Source: Auanema rhodensis (taxonomy: Eukaryota; Animalia; Nematoda). Taken from it: a stretch of 64,000 nt of DNA. Made by a program: the position numbers and the translations under genes. Shown here piece by piece: positions 27,005 through 42,600 of the stretch (positions are counted from its first letter, which is position 1; each line of letters starts with the position of its first letter). The notes beneath the pieces were generated by a model. The model had not been told where the DNA came from. It saw nothing but the letters and a program-made list of their open reading frames with translations, and ran no database searches. The stretch covers positions 6,448,001 to 6,512,000 of the forward strand of contig OZ059894.1 of the NCBI GenBank assembly GCA_964057225.1, written 5' to 3'.

Positions 27005-30000
27005 ATGGAATCGGATGGTGCTAATAATAATCATGTAAAATTATCTGAAGCTCAACTTGTGCAAAGTGAATTTGGATTACCTTTGGAAGATGCCTACAAA
27101 GCTGCCGTTAAATTCTACAAAGGTTCGTGAGATTAGTACTAATGGTAAATTTGAAAATTTATGTCAGAAAAGGAAAAGTCAGGAGAACTAACGGTGTTGT
27201 ATAATGATCGAGTTCAGTTAATGGCGCTCAGCAAACAGGTGAAGTTTCTGTTCATTTTTTCATATACGTACAGAAATAGGATGAGCTGCCGTTTTTGCTT
27301 AACTAGATTATGTGAGATAAGAATTTAGTTAGCATGTTTCAAATGAATTGAGCAACATTTTTTTTTGAATGTCAGGGCTATTCTATTGCTTTATTCTTAA
27401 TTTTAGAATTTATTCTGGTTTTGTCTCTGGAAATTGAGTTTAGCTTGTACTATTTCCTGCTTCGAAATTCCTTTTGTTCGAAACAAATATTCAATATTGA
27501 GCTTTCCAATAGAAATTGAATGCAAAAAAAGCATAGCATTCTTCTGAAATAATCAATTGTAAATGGGATATGACTAACTTGCTGTTTTGAAGGTTCGTCA
27601 AGGGCCTTACGCAGAAAGCAGTGAATCGGCAGGATGGTTTGACATTGTTGGATCTGATATGACGTATGTTTTCTTTTCTGTTTTCCACTTTGAGATTCGA
27701 TTAGCGGTATGGACCTAAAGACTCATAGATTCTAAATGAAATTTTCTAAAAGACGAATAAGAAGAAATTTCCGTGAATGTCTTGTTCGTCAACATGCCGT
27801 TCCTTTGGGATTAATGTTGTGCGTTCGCGCCCCATCTCTACTCGCTCGGGATTACTTCTAGTTTCACATAAAGCTTTCGAATCCTATTATAATCTTCTTT
27901 TATATTCTCTTTAAGGAATTTTTGGCTTTAGCTGTTTGCTGCTTTTTAAATAGACATTGCTTAGTTCAAATGTTCTGAAACTACAGATCACTTGGACAAA
28001 GAAAATTGCAATTTCCTTCTTAATTCCAGTGAACTCACAGAACATTTTTGATGAAATGTAATGGTGCTCGAATTGAATTAATTCTTTCTTCTTGTTTCTC
28101 ATTCTATATTTCGCGGTATGGTCAAAGTGTACCTAGCCCTGTTGCCTCGTTTAGTTGATTATTTAGCACTTCGTTAAAGCTGTCCACATTTGGTTCATTT
28201 TTATATCCAAACGAACTAAAATGAGGGCCTTCGCAGTAAATGCGATTTGGCCCATTTCTCAATCAAGGCATTTTGCTTAGCTATTCTGTATTTGTTTTTT
28301 TGCTGGGTGTAACCCATGAACGTTATTTAAATACTAGTTTTATGTTTCGATTTTTTACCCTCATTTAAACTTTTTCATGGTTATATCAAGAAGTTTTTTC
28401 CATTGTTGTAAGAAAGATTAGCTATTCAGCCTCAATGCCACTAATAAGCTAAGTGGTGGAGTTGGAAGGGCTTCTGCCTGCTCTTTTGGCGATTTATGCT
28501 CTCGGTCTTCTTGAAGCCTTAAAACATTATACGAACCTGCTCCCTCGTTAGTTTTTCGTTTTTATCAACTTTTTTTTCATTTGGTTCAAAGCTGATATAA
28601 TTTTGAACATTGGTCGTCAATGTAATTTTTTTCCATGAACTTAAACTTAAGCAGATCGTTCTATTTGTTCTTGTTTACGCATATATTCTTTAACTGTGTT
28701 TCATTTCTTCTTATTTTGGTAATTCCTAAGGTGTTAGGAGCAATACGTCATCATAGACAGTCAAATATCGTGTTTCGATATATATATATATATATATATA
28801 TATAACTATTGTTACTATACAGCACATCTTTTGCGTTTACAATTTCACCTCATAAGATATGCAAAATTGGGTTGTCGAAATATGTTACTAAGTATCCGTG
28901 AAAGCATGCTGAGAGCCAAATAGGCTGCGCTGATTGAATTTGGAAGTCTCTTCTTCGTCCTCTATTTGTCATGGCACTTTGTACGTTTTATAAACTTAAT
29001 AGTACACACTAGCTAGACTTCGTTTTTTTCTTCAATATTTTTGATTTTGTTTTTTATTTTTCTCTTTTTGATCTTTGAATATGTTCACAGCCTGCTTAAA
29101 AATTTAAGTTTTTTGATTGCTTACTCATATTCAGCTCCGTATACAAAATCTATGAAAGATTGAAAAAAGCCAATGCTGCAGATACTTCCATCTTATCGAG
29201 TAATAGGCATTGATTAGTCCAAAAGATAAATCTTGATTGACGATAGATACTCGTTGTTCTTTCTTCATTGTGTAGGAATATTCTACATACATCTTGAGCA
29301 TGTAATTGAGCATACATCTTGAGTGATTGAATAGTTCCATTAATTTTTTTTCCATGAATAGTTCAGCTTTTAAAAATGTCTATAAAAGGTATCTCATTGA
29401 ATTTCCATTTTTTTCAGGAAATCGTGGAAGGAATTAGGTAATTTAAATAAAGAGGACGCTATGGCCTCATTCGTCTTCATGATGGACCGGGTATGTCCTC
29501 CATTCAAGAACTTTTTATCGGATTCTCTGGAAGCTGTGTAAGTTTGTAAATTTCAATTTATTTCCCTGTCCAACAAAATTAAAAAAAATAAACGTATTTT
29601 TCTCTTAACGCATTCTTCTTTGGTATTAATTTTTTTGAGTTAGTAATTGTTTTTTTTATAATTAAGCGTTCGATCTAAGTAGCTAATGCCTGACTCAAAA
29701 AGGAGAGATATTACTCCGCATTTCCTCTCGTCGCTTCTACGCCTTCCCATATCGATCTCTTTCGTCTCATTGCCGTGGGTAAGCCACATCGAGCAAGGTT
29801 TCTATATTGTCGAATTCTGCTTCTTTCGAATTATTTTTTATATTGAACTCAATAAGACAAAAGTTTTATTTTACTTTTCTTTCTTCTGATTGCTGAATGC
29901 TATTTAAGAAATTTCACTTCCAATCTTTCCCTTTTTTTCTTTTAACTTTATATATTGATTGCCCAACCATGACAAAATATGGTTGTTATCCTCTGTTTTA

Positions 30001-33000
30001 TTTCCACGCTACTTTTGCTCTTCAATTTACATAAATACTTTGGCATTTGTTGGGAAGGTTTAGGTTTTTTTCTATCTTTTATTTCTTTAGGGGCGAGTCT
30101 TCCGAGCTCCAGCAAATTTCTAGTACTCAACAATCAGCTCAACTTGTGCAACAGCAGCCTAATTGGGAGTTATTTGAAGCACAGAGGTTTGAATTGCCTA
30201 TTTTTTATGCTTATATCTTAATATAATTTTCAGAAAACAAATTCAAGACGCTCTTAACTCTCAAACATTTCATCAATTTAGTGCATACGCTAAACAGCAA
30301 TACCCTGATCAACCAGAGCAGGTATGTTGTTTTCAAAAAAAACATTTATTTGAATCTTCTATACAAACAGTACCTATGTATATATATAGGAGAGGGCTGA
30401 TATATGTTAGTTTAGTTGTGACATGGAGTAAGATATATATATATATATATTTTTTTTTTAACATAGAAGAAAAGCTCTACCAGTTCTATTAGGTCCGTAA
30501 TCAAAATCACAAATTATTAGGGAAAGACTATGTCGATAAGTAAAGGCCTGTCTAGCAAAGTATCAAGAGATCTTCTACTTCTTTTTGCACATTAGATGAG
30601 ATGCTAGTTTCACTTATATACATTATCAATTTCTGAAATAATAATAGTTTATAAGCCTTCAAGAGTTAAACTTTTTTCACTTTTCGATTTATTTGTTGAC
30701 AGTTGCTATCGTCATCAAAAGCTCCTGTTATCTGACCTTCTATGCGTCTATGCGCCATGGTTAGAGCACTGTGAAGGTTTAAAATAACTGAATCATCCAC
30801 GTTCTTATTCCTAGAGACATCGATTTCTCTGAGATCTAGAACGTTACGAAGCCATGCTAATGCTGAGACTCCTTTGCTATAATCTATTCATGAAAAAATT
30901 AAAAATCTTCAAGTCTACCTTGTTATTCCACTGCATCCTTGAAGAGATACATCTTTAATTTCTCTTTGGGTTGAAGCGAGCATATACATCATTTCATCTG
31001 TTACTAAAGAGCAACGATTTATAGTTATCTGAAAAAGTAAACATTGAATAGCGTTGCTATGAAGCACCCTATACCGATTCAAGCTGGCACCTTGTAAGAG
31101 CGCTGTTGACTCCCCTCGTTGAAATATTGAAACAGTTTATGAAGGAGAGTTTCTTTAACTTCCCATACGTACACAATCTGTAGTGATCTTCGTCCGACAA
31201 TGAGATTGTGTCGGCTATTTCAAGTTCAGTCAGCTGATTACAGAACCCCAGAGCTGTGTATTCTCTGATGTTGGTGCATTTTTTTATTGAAAGTGCTTTT
31301 AACTGGGGGAGGCATGAAAGAATTAGGTGCAAACAAGTTTCTGTTAAGCCAGGAAGACTCTGAAAATAGATTTTGCTTTTCACCCTTTCGCGCAAGCTCA
31401 CCATAAGTCGTAACTCTGTTACTTGTGACAGCTTCATCAAGGGATCGTATTCAAATTGAATTTGATCGTGAAACCCGAGATGAAAGCATCTTAAGTTGGG
31501 TAAATTTCCAAGTGATTCCATTATACCTTCTGTTAAAGCGGGTATTGGTGCCAAGTGGAGGATTTGCATTTTTTCTTGCTTCTGAATCAGTCTTTGAAAT
31601 GTGTCTGCCGGTATTCGATGAGCACCACTAATGCTTAACTCTCTAAATAGCAGTGGTCAACTTTCGCAGAGTTCAAAGTTAAATTTCGTACTCTAACTGA
31701 GGTGGAATCTCGTCAAGCCTGTCTAACATAAACATCGCGGATCTCAGATTAAGTCTTTTTAATTTTTTCATCCTCTTGAAGAAAGACTGGATCTGAAATA
31801 TTGATGATGATCTGTTTGTATTACCTACTGATTTATGGATTTTATTTATTTATTCATTCGCTTATGAAGAATATCCAGTACTGAATTGTAGTTAAGGTAG
31901 TAAATTGAACATGAATGTGTTCGTGACAATATTATCTTACCTTTCTTCCATTCTCTATATCCACCCATGATGTTTCTTCCAACGATAATTCTTCTAATTG
32001 ATCAGCAACCCTCTCTAAAAGTGGTTCCAGATCAGCATTCAATATTACTGCTCCAAAGTCGATTACGCGAAGTTTATGACAATTTCTATTAATTGAATAG
32101 TGAAATATTCAATGTCCACGCACTTACTCTGCAATACAATCAATAACAGGTTGTGAAATCTTAAGCCAACGGTGTCCAAATGTTATTTCTCTAACATATT
32201 TCCCACATCTTTCAATAATTCCGAGAACGGTGGGCACAAAGTTTAAGCTTTCCTGAGACACTGCTTTCATTATGGAACTAATTATTGAGAAACCTGCGGA
32301 TAATACTCGGTTGAAGATGTTGTTAAAAATTTGGAAATATCCAAGAGAGTAGTATCGGAAAATGTAGAACGAAGCTAAACATATGCTAACAAAACTATTG
32401 AGTATTCTGCATACCTGAAGAACGGCATACCAAGCTCTACATACTTGCTCGAGTTTAACTCTGTCGGTGAAATCAAGATGAAGAAATATCTGTTGCAAGC
32501 AATCTCTGTTAAGAACATCCATCACGGTGCATTTGTTTCTAAATGTCAAAAACATTAATTCTATGTTAGTGGTAGAAAAAGAAAAGAAAACTAATCATTC
32601 CTTTCATTCCTATTTATGGAATTGAAAATGATTTATAAGAAAAGAACAAAGACACTTTCAAGACAGTAGCAAAAATGACTGTTGTATTTATTCTAGTGTG
32701 AAAGAGAGAAAATCGGTAGTGATATGAAAACATCTCCATTTTTCTTAGACTCCTGGTAAGATCAAAATATTTGAGTGTCCAGCCTCTAGACAGCTTGATG
32801 TTGTACGGTCACAACAAATCTCTTGAAGCTCAAAACATACACAGGATTTTGAGCTGGATACTGTTCAGTCATATGATTTGGTAAGAAAGAGGAAAACGAG
32901 AAGCACTAAAAGATGTAATCGGCAATGGCAAATATATTAATGTGCAGCCGATTGTTAGCTGGTGCATCCTGGGTTGTTGTAAAGTTCTTCCCTCTTGCGA

Positions 33001-35085
33001 TATCTTTGATATTGTGGGGTACTCTGAAGAAACTTAAGCAGCTGATCAGAGCTCGTGGATGAGATAATACTTAATCACGAGCCAAGGTTAGGCCACTTGG
33101 CCAAATGTTATTTTTAATAACCTGAAGATCTAATTAAATGTTGTGAAATAGTTCGATCATCAATAAATAACGCAATTAAAAGCTCAACTGGAAAATTCGA
33201 TATATATATAATGTATAGGAGAAAAGTAGCCGAGTTATGTTCAATGAGATATAAGATTAAGCTGTGCTGGTGTATAAATATAAAACATTTGAAAGGTTTG
33301 CGCCAAGCGGGTTCAATTTATAAAGAGGGATAGAGAGCTAGGTGAGAGAAGTGGACCGAGTTTTGTGCATTGACTGTGGGGGGAGTGGCACTTGTCTATC
33401 TTAGCTGTCACACTGTATATCCTATGTTAGCCTAATACACAAGCATTCTCTTTTAAGCAGGCAGCCTTAATTCGTCAGCTTCAAGACCAGCATTACCAAC
33501 AATACATGGCTCAAGTGAGGAAAATAATAATATGATCAATAGAAGTTATCGTTTTTACAGGTTTACGCACAACAAGCAGAGGCAGCTAAGCCTGAATCAG
33601 AGAAGAAAGCAGCTGAGTCTGAAGAAGAACAGCGACGACGTGATGATGACAGTGATGTGACTGACGAGGAACCTGGTGATGATCTGCCTTGTGAGTTTGT
33701 CCATTTGTTTTTTCCACTTCTGACTATTATGAAACCGGGATCGTGGATCATATCTGATGCTGAGCACTATCTAGAATTAGTTTTCTAAAACATACAAGTG
33801 CGTCGTCACCTGACCTCTAATGATCTATTTTCCGCTTATACTAGCACGCTGATTTATTTTGGCTACTCAATGTTATTTCATTATTTAAGTGGAATATGCC
33901 ATTTAAAAGCTTCATCCTTTCTCACATCTTTTATTTTTTTAAAGTATCGTCAATACATGCTCAAATGGGACTCTTCTGTCATTGTAGGTTTAAAAGCTTA
34001 TAATGCTTTAACTTTTTGGATAATTGTTGGCAATGCATCTCCGTATTGCTGTCGTGTTGTGATTTCCCACTTTGGGACTGTATGTCTCATTGACCGAAAC
34101 TCTTTCAAAATTTGAAGCTTGTTATGTAAGTTGTGCTATCTATGAGAAGTTATGAGAAGTAAGGTTAGGAACTTGCCTGGCTTCCTGCGCCGCCTTTTGT
34201 ATTGTTTATATTATTAATGTTTTGTAATGTTATCATGTGTGCGTAGAAATCGCTATAACAGCTTTTTATTTCCAATTGGATAATTTTTATATTTTCTAAT
34301 TACCAGGTTAATGCAAGATAGCAAGTTATAACAAAAGTTATGCTCGCATGTTCATTGTTTTTTTACTTGCACATTTGATATGATGTTTGAAACCTATTAT
34401 TTCAGCAAATCCCGCAATCGCTCCAGCTTCTTTGTGGAACCGCTCAGACATAATTGAGTTCAAAAACCAAATCAAAAAAGAAGACAGCCAGGGTATCTTG
34501 AAAGTTGGACATGGGGAAACTGTCACGGTAAACTTTGTTTCATTATCTCACTGTAATTCTTCATGATTCAAGATAAGAGTACCTACACATGAGGATGGGA
34601 CTTGTTTATTCTGGGAATTCGCCACTGATCATTATGATATAGGGTTTGGAGTTTACTTTGAATGGACTATAGCCGATAGTAATCAGGTATATACTAACAA
34701 ATAGAAACCTCTATGCTAAGTTCTTATTTTAACAGGTATCAATTCATGTTAGTGAATCTGACGAGGAAGAGGATTATGAAGAAGGGATTCCCGAAGAAGG
34801 ACAGCAGAACACTGTTCCAGGTGATGTAGAGTCTGGAACCCCCTCTAGACGAGCACGTGACCCAAGCAAGCCGCGGTTAGACGAAATCATTCCTGTATAC
34901 AGAAGAGATTGCCACGAGGAGGTTCGTTTATTTTATAAGAAACAAAACTTGATATTTATGGTTATCAGGTTTATGCCGGAAGTCATGTTTATCCAGGACG
35001 AGGTGTCTACCTTTTAAAGTTCGATAATTCTTTCTCTTTATGGAGATCAAAAACTTTATATTATCGTGTGTACTACAGTAAGTAA
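27005..35085 (+). CDS. ACBD3: Golgi resident protein GCP60 / ACBD3 (ACB domain, Gln-rich region, GOLD domain)
   Basis: ACB domain [17 protein letters not shown]...GWFDIVGSD...WKELG. Q region [19 protein letters not shown]...[20 protein letters not shown] domain [39 protein letters not shown]...[25 protein letters not shown]. Confidence 0.95.
28778..28804. repeat. (AT)n microsatellite; similar runs near 24817-24836, 30433-30450 and 37958-37976
   Basis: Directly visible. Confidence 0.9.
30666..32522 (-). CDS. F-box/leucine-rich repeat protein nested antisense in an ACBD3 intron
   Basis: F-box [31 protein letters not shown] and LRR-CC repeats ([32 protein letters not shown]). Last exon ends KVKKV* at 30666. 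Confidence 0.88.
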
Positions 35086-36043
35086 GATTTATCAATTCCT
35101 AACTTTTTTGCCCTATCTAATTTATTACTTCTAAAAACACCAGTTTGTATATTCGACTGAATTGCATTCTGTTGTCATCAAGATGGTTGCTACCATATCC
35201 ATCTTTTTTAAAACATTGCATGGTTTTAATAATATTAAATTATTATGGGATTTATACGATGAAGTAGGCGAAACCACTTGGTTGACGCGATTTTATTAAA
35301 CTTTTAAAATATATTCCTGGGTAATTATTGTCCGAACTATACGAATTTTAATGTTTATTAAGTATTATTTTCCCCCCTTTTTAAAATTATACCGTGATCT
35401 ATTTTTCATTGTGATTTATACTAATATGTTATATAAAACGTTTTATTCTAATAGTATATTTATATATTTATACCAACAGTGAGCAAGAATAATTCGTGAA
35501 TACTTTCATATAATGCTTTTATGACTATTTAAATGTTGAGGCGCCGAATCATTTTGGTCCAATTAGGATTGACAAATATAAGTGCCAAAAACAAGGCAAA
35601 TATGGATAACTTGCTGTTTTTATAGAGAAAATACGTTTTACAAAGTGACTTTGACATTTAAATCCATTCTTGGAATATTTTGAATCTGGACTAGATAGAA
35701 CATCTCCTTAGAAAGTATTGGTTTGTGACAAATGAAGGACCAGAGATATTATTGAGGACGTGACTATGATTTAGAAATATAAATAATTAACATTTTTTGC
35801 TGTAAAAAATGCCTAATATAAGGCCACAGAGCACCATGAACGGTAAGAACAACACAGTCATTTAATGATTGATAGAAATCCTGCATTTGAAATTTTGCTA
35901 TTAACAACCTGGAGACGTAAATACATCGTTTAAAAGGAGCAATATTGACAGTCCGTATAGTGAAATTGGGTAATGTGTTGTGAAAATGTTGATTTCCCAG
36001 AGATGGAAAAATGAAAAGAATTACAGAACGAAGACTTGTTTGA

Positions 36044-39615
<3,572 letters not shown>

Positions 39616-42600
39616 TATCGGCGCATATCTTGAAATATTTGTATTGTATTACATAGAGAAACAAATTAGATTGAAAATAATATGAATAGAAGCATAATTA
39701 TAATAAAAGATGTATAAAAATATGAAGTAGAATATACTGTCATAAATTTGTCAATAATATAAATACATATATACGGAAACAAATAAGTTGGAAAAAAATA
39801 AAATTGAGATATAGAATGCGTAACAAACTGTGGCAGGAATTTATCAATATAATGGTAAATTAATGTACATTTAGTTAGAATAATCTTATAATAATAAATA
39901 AAAAACAAAAAAAAAGTGAAATAAAAAACGCCCAACCGTTTTCTGCTTATGCTTGCGATTAAATGAGATTTTGGTCTAATGCAACGTGATTTTACGTCAA
40001 AAGCATGCAAATTTAGCTCATTGTGACATGTAACAATGGGTTAGTAGTCATAGTGTTTACCTATATGTTGTCGAAAAATAAACATTGAATTGATTTTTTT
40101 TGATAGGTATTATTACATTACTCTCGTTGAGATTTATTCTTTCACTATTCTTAAAATTTTAGTTCAAGCCCCAGGGGAAAGCCTGAGGGCGCGAAGGAGA
40201 ATAGGCTGAATAGATTCAATTGGTTAGCCGCTCTTACTACTAGCCGTCATCTAATCGACCAAAAGAAAAGGAACTACATTTCGCGTATTTGGCTCATCTG
40301 TTAAGCGATAGAATAGAAAAAGCTGGAGAATGCAAAGAAATGATCACCACATGAATCTTGCAAGTTTAATTCATAAGCTATCTTCGAGAGAAGAAGGAAG
40401 TGTGCCGTATTTACCATATGAAACTTTTCTCAAGCACTGAAAGTTCCGAAAGAGTTCAAGAAAATATAAGAAAAGGAAACATGTTTTGAACCAACATCAA
40501 TTCTTATAGGGAAACGTTCCAGAAAGTTTGTTGATGGAAAACTATTCATGAAATTGATGGAAATGAAGAGTTTTTGATGTTTATGAATACAAAAAAGTTC
40601 GGAACGCTAGATGATTTTATGAAAGTTTGGATGCAAGTTGATGAGGATGAACATTCATCTGCTTAACTTCGGATGATACAACTTTAGAGGGTCACAGCCA
40701 AGATGGCACAAGGAAGTAACAAACACAACATTTTTTCAAATATATACAAATGTATGTGTTTGGTTTATATTTTATTTAAAAATAGTAATGGTTTACTAAT
40801 GAAAATAACCAAATTAGATGCTTCATTGAATTAAAAAAAAGGATTGGGCCTCATCAGCTAAAAACATTGAGATTTGATAATTTGATTTCAATTAGTAGAT
40901 GATCAAGCTAACTTACCGTTAATGTAACACTGTTTTGCTGACGTTTTATCTACACCTGATTGAAGACATTACTGAGAAAAAATATGATATAGAAAGGAAA
41001 ATAAAGCATAATAAATGGAGATCATATGAATATGTGGGAACAATTTGAACCAGTAGAGAATATTTCGAATAATCTGAACGTAGATAAGGCTTGGATAAAA
41101 TGGCCAAATGGGAATTAACAGAGCAAGAAGAACAATGTGTGGTACCAAAGCATGTAGTAGCAAAGGCGAGTGAAGAGAAGAGAAAGACGAAACAGAGAAC
41201 CAAGGACAAGCCATAATATGGGAAAGGTTTGAGCTGCCAGACGATAGAAAGTCAAAACGGAATTTTGGAAAAGAGAAAGAGAGACGAAAAGATTGAAAAG
41301 AAATAAAAGAAGAAGAAAGAAGAAGAAAGAAAGAGCCGGACGGCGACCAATGATGTTGAGCTAAGGCTACTGAAAATCGTCTCTTGGGATCAGCAGACTG
41401 AAAGCAGCCTAGACTTGCTATTGAAACATTAACTCAAGATTGAGGTAGCTGAGATTGGAGGTGAAATAACAAGACTCAATAAAAATGATGATACGAGGTA
41501 GTGATTGAGTAGTAAAAAAGATATACTGAAAATGAACAAGAAAAAACATGAAAGATGGATATATAATTTTTCATGCTATTTTTATATTTGAAGGGTATTC
41601 CTCTTTTTTGGTTAATAAAAGAAACAAAAAAACTTTGATTATTCTCTTCAGATAATAAAAAAAAATATTAATTGAAGCAATGTTGATATAACCAAAATTT
41701 CTTTAAAGGCAATAAAACTTGGGTTTGGTTGGTTGCAATTGAGATTTAGAGAACAAAACAAGCTGGATTAACATCTTCAACTTGAATCAGAAACTAAAAA
41801 AAATAAAAATAAGTGTAACAAAGCAAAGTTTTAATGCATGCCTGATTACAACTTTAGTGGAAAAGCTATGTATAAGTTCCCTTGTCCTCTAGTTGTCAGT
41901 ATTGAGATGTCAAAATTTGTAAAATAATAGAAAGGTCTAATTACTTTTGCATTTTGCTAAGATAGCAGAATCAAACGGATTGCCAGGAAGAAAAAAACTT
42001 TTGATCGGCTTTTTCAATCTTTTCTTCTATTTCACATTCTTAGAATAGGATTGATAGGGAAGACGTAAGTAGAAGTAGACTAAAAGTACGTTTTTGGGAA
42101 AAAGTAAGATTGTTCTCTATTCCATTTATAGAAATCCAATTCGTTTTCATATAAATTAGAGCATTTTTTGAAATATAAAGTTAACAAAGCTTTTTTTCTC
42201 TGTTTCTTGAACAACTTTTCTGGATAAATTCAGTTATCATAACAAAAAAAGAGGGAATTAAACAGAAAAGCGATAACATTAACATGAAAATCAAGACACT
42301 GAGCTAATTGAAAGAGCAAAGCTAATAAACTGCTGTGAAATGAGTCAGAGTATACGAGTCTGAGGATGTGAGAGAATCGGTTGTTCCGAATAGCACAATG
42401 GGTGAACAAGTCAGATCAGGAAGACGAAGTGGACTTATTCAAGTGGACCTACATCTCCGTTTTCTATATACATCTCTCTTCCTCCATCTATTCTCTTTAG
42501 CTTTATCGTGTTCTGCCTTTATCTTTATCGTTTACTCTTTGACCCGTTCCCTCGGGCTATATATGGCTCATAAATAAAGGATTGTGTCTTATGTACAAAG

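Noticed and set aside
40021-40036. Imperfect palindrome TTGTGACATGTAACAA resembling an RFX/DAF-19 X-box upstream of TTBK
   Set aside because: Spacing is shorter than the 14-bp X-box consensus.
41441-41462. TGAGGTAG let-7-family seed-like start
   Set aside because: No complementary arm to form a precursor hairpin.
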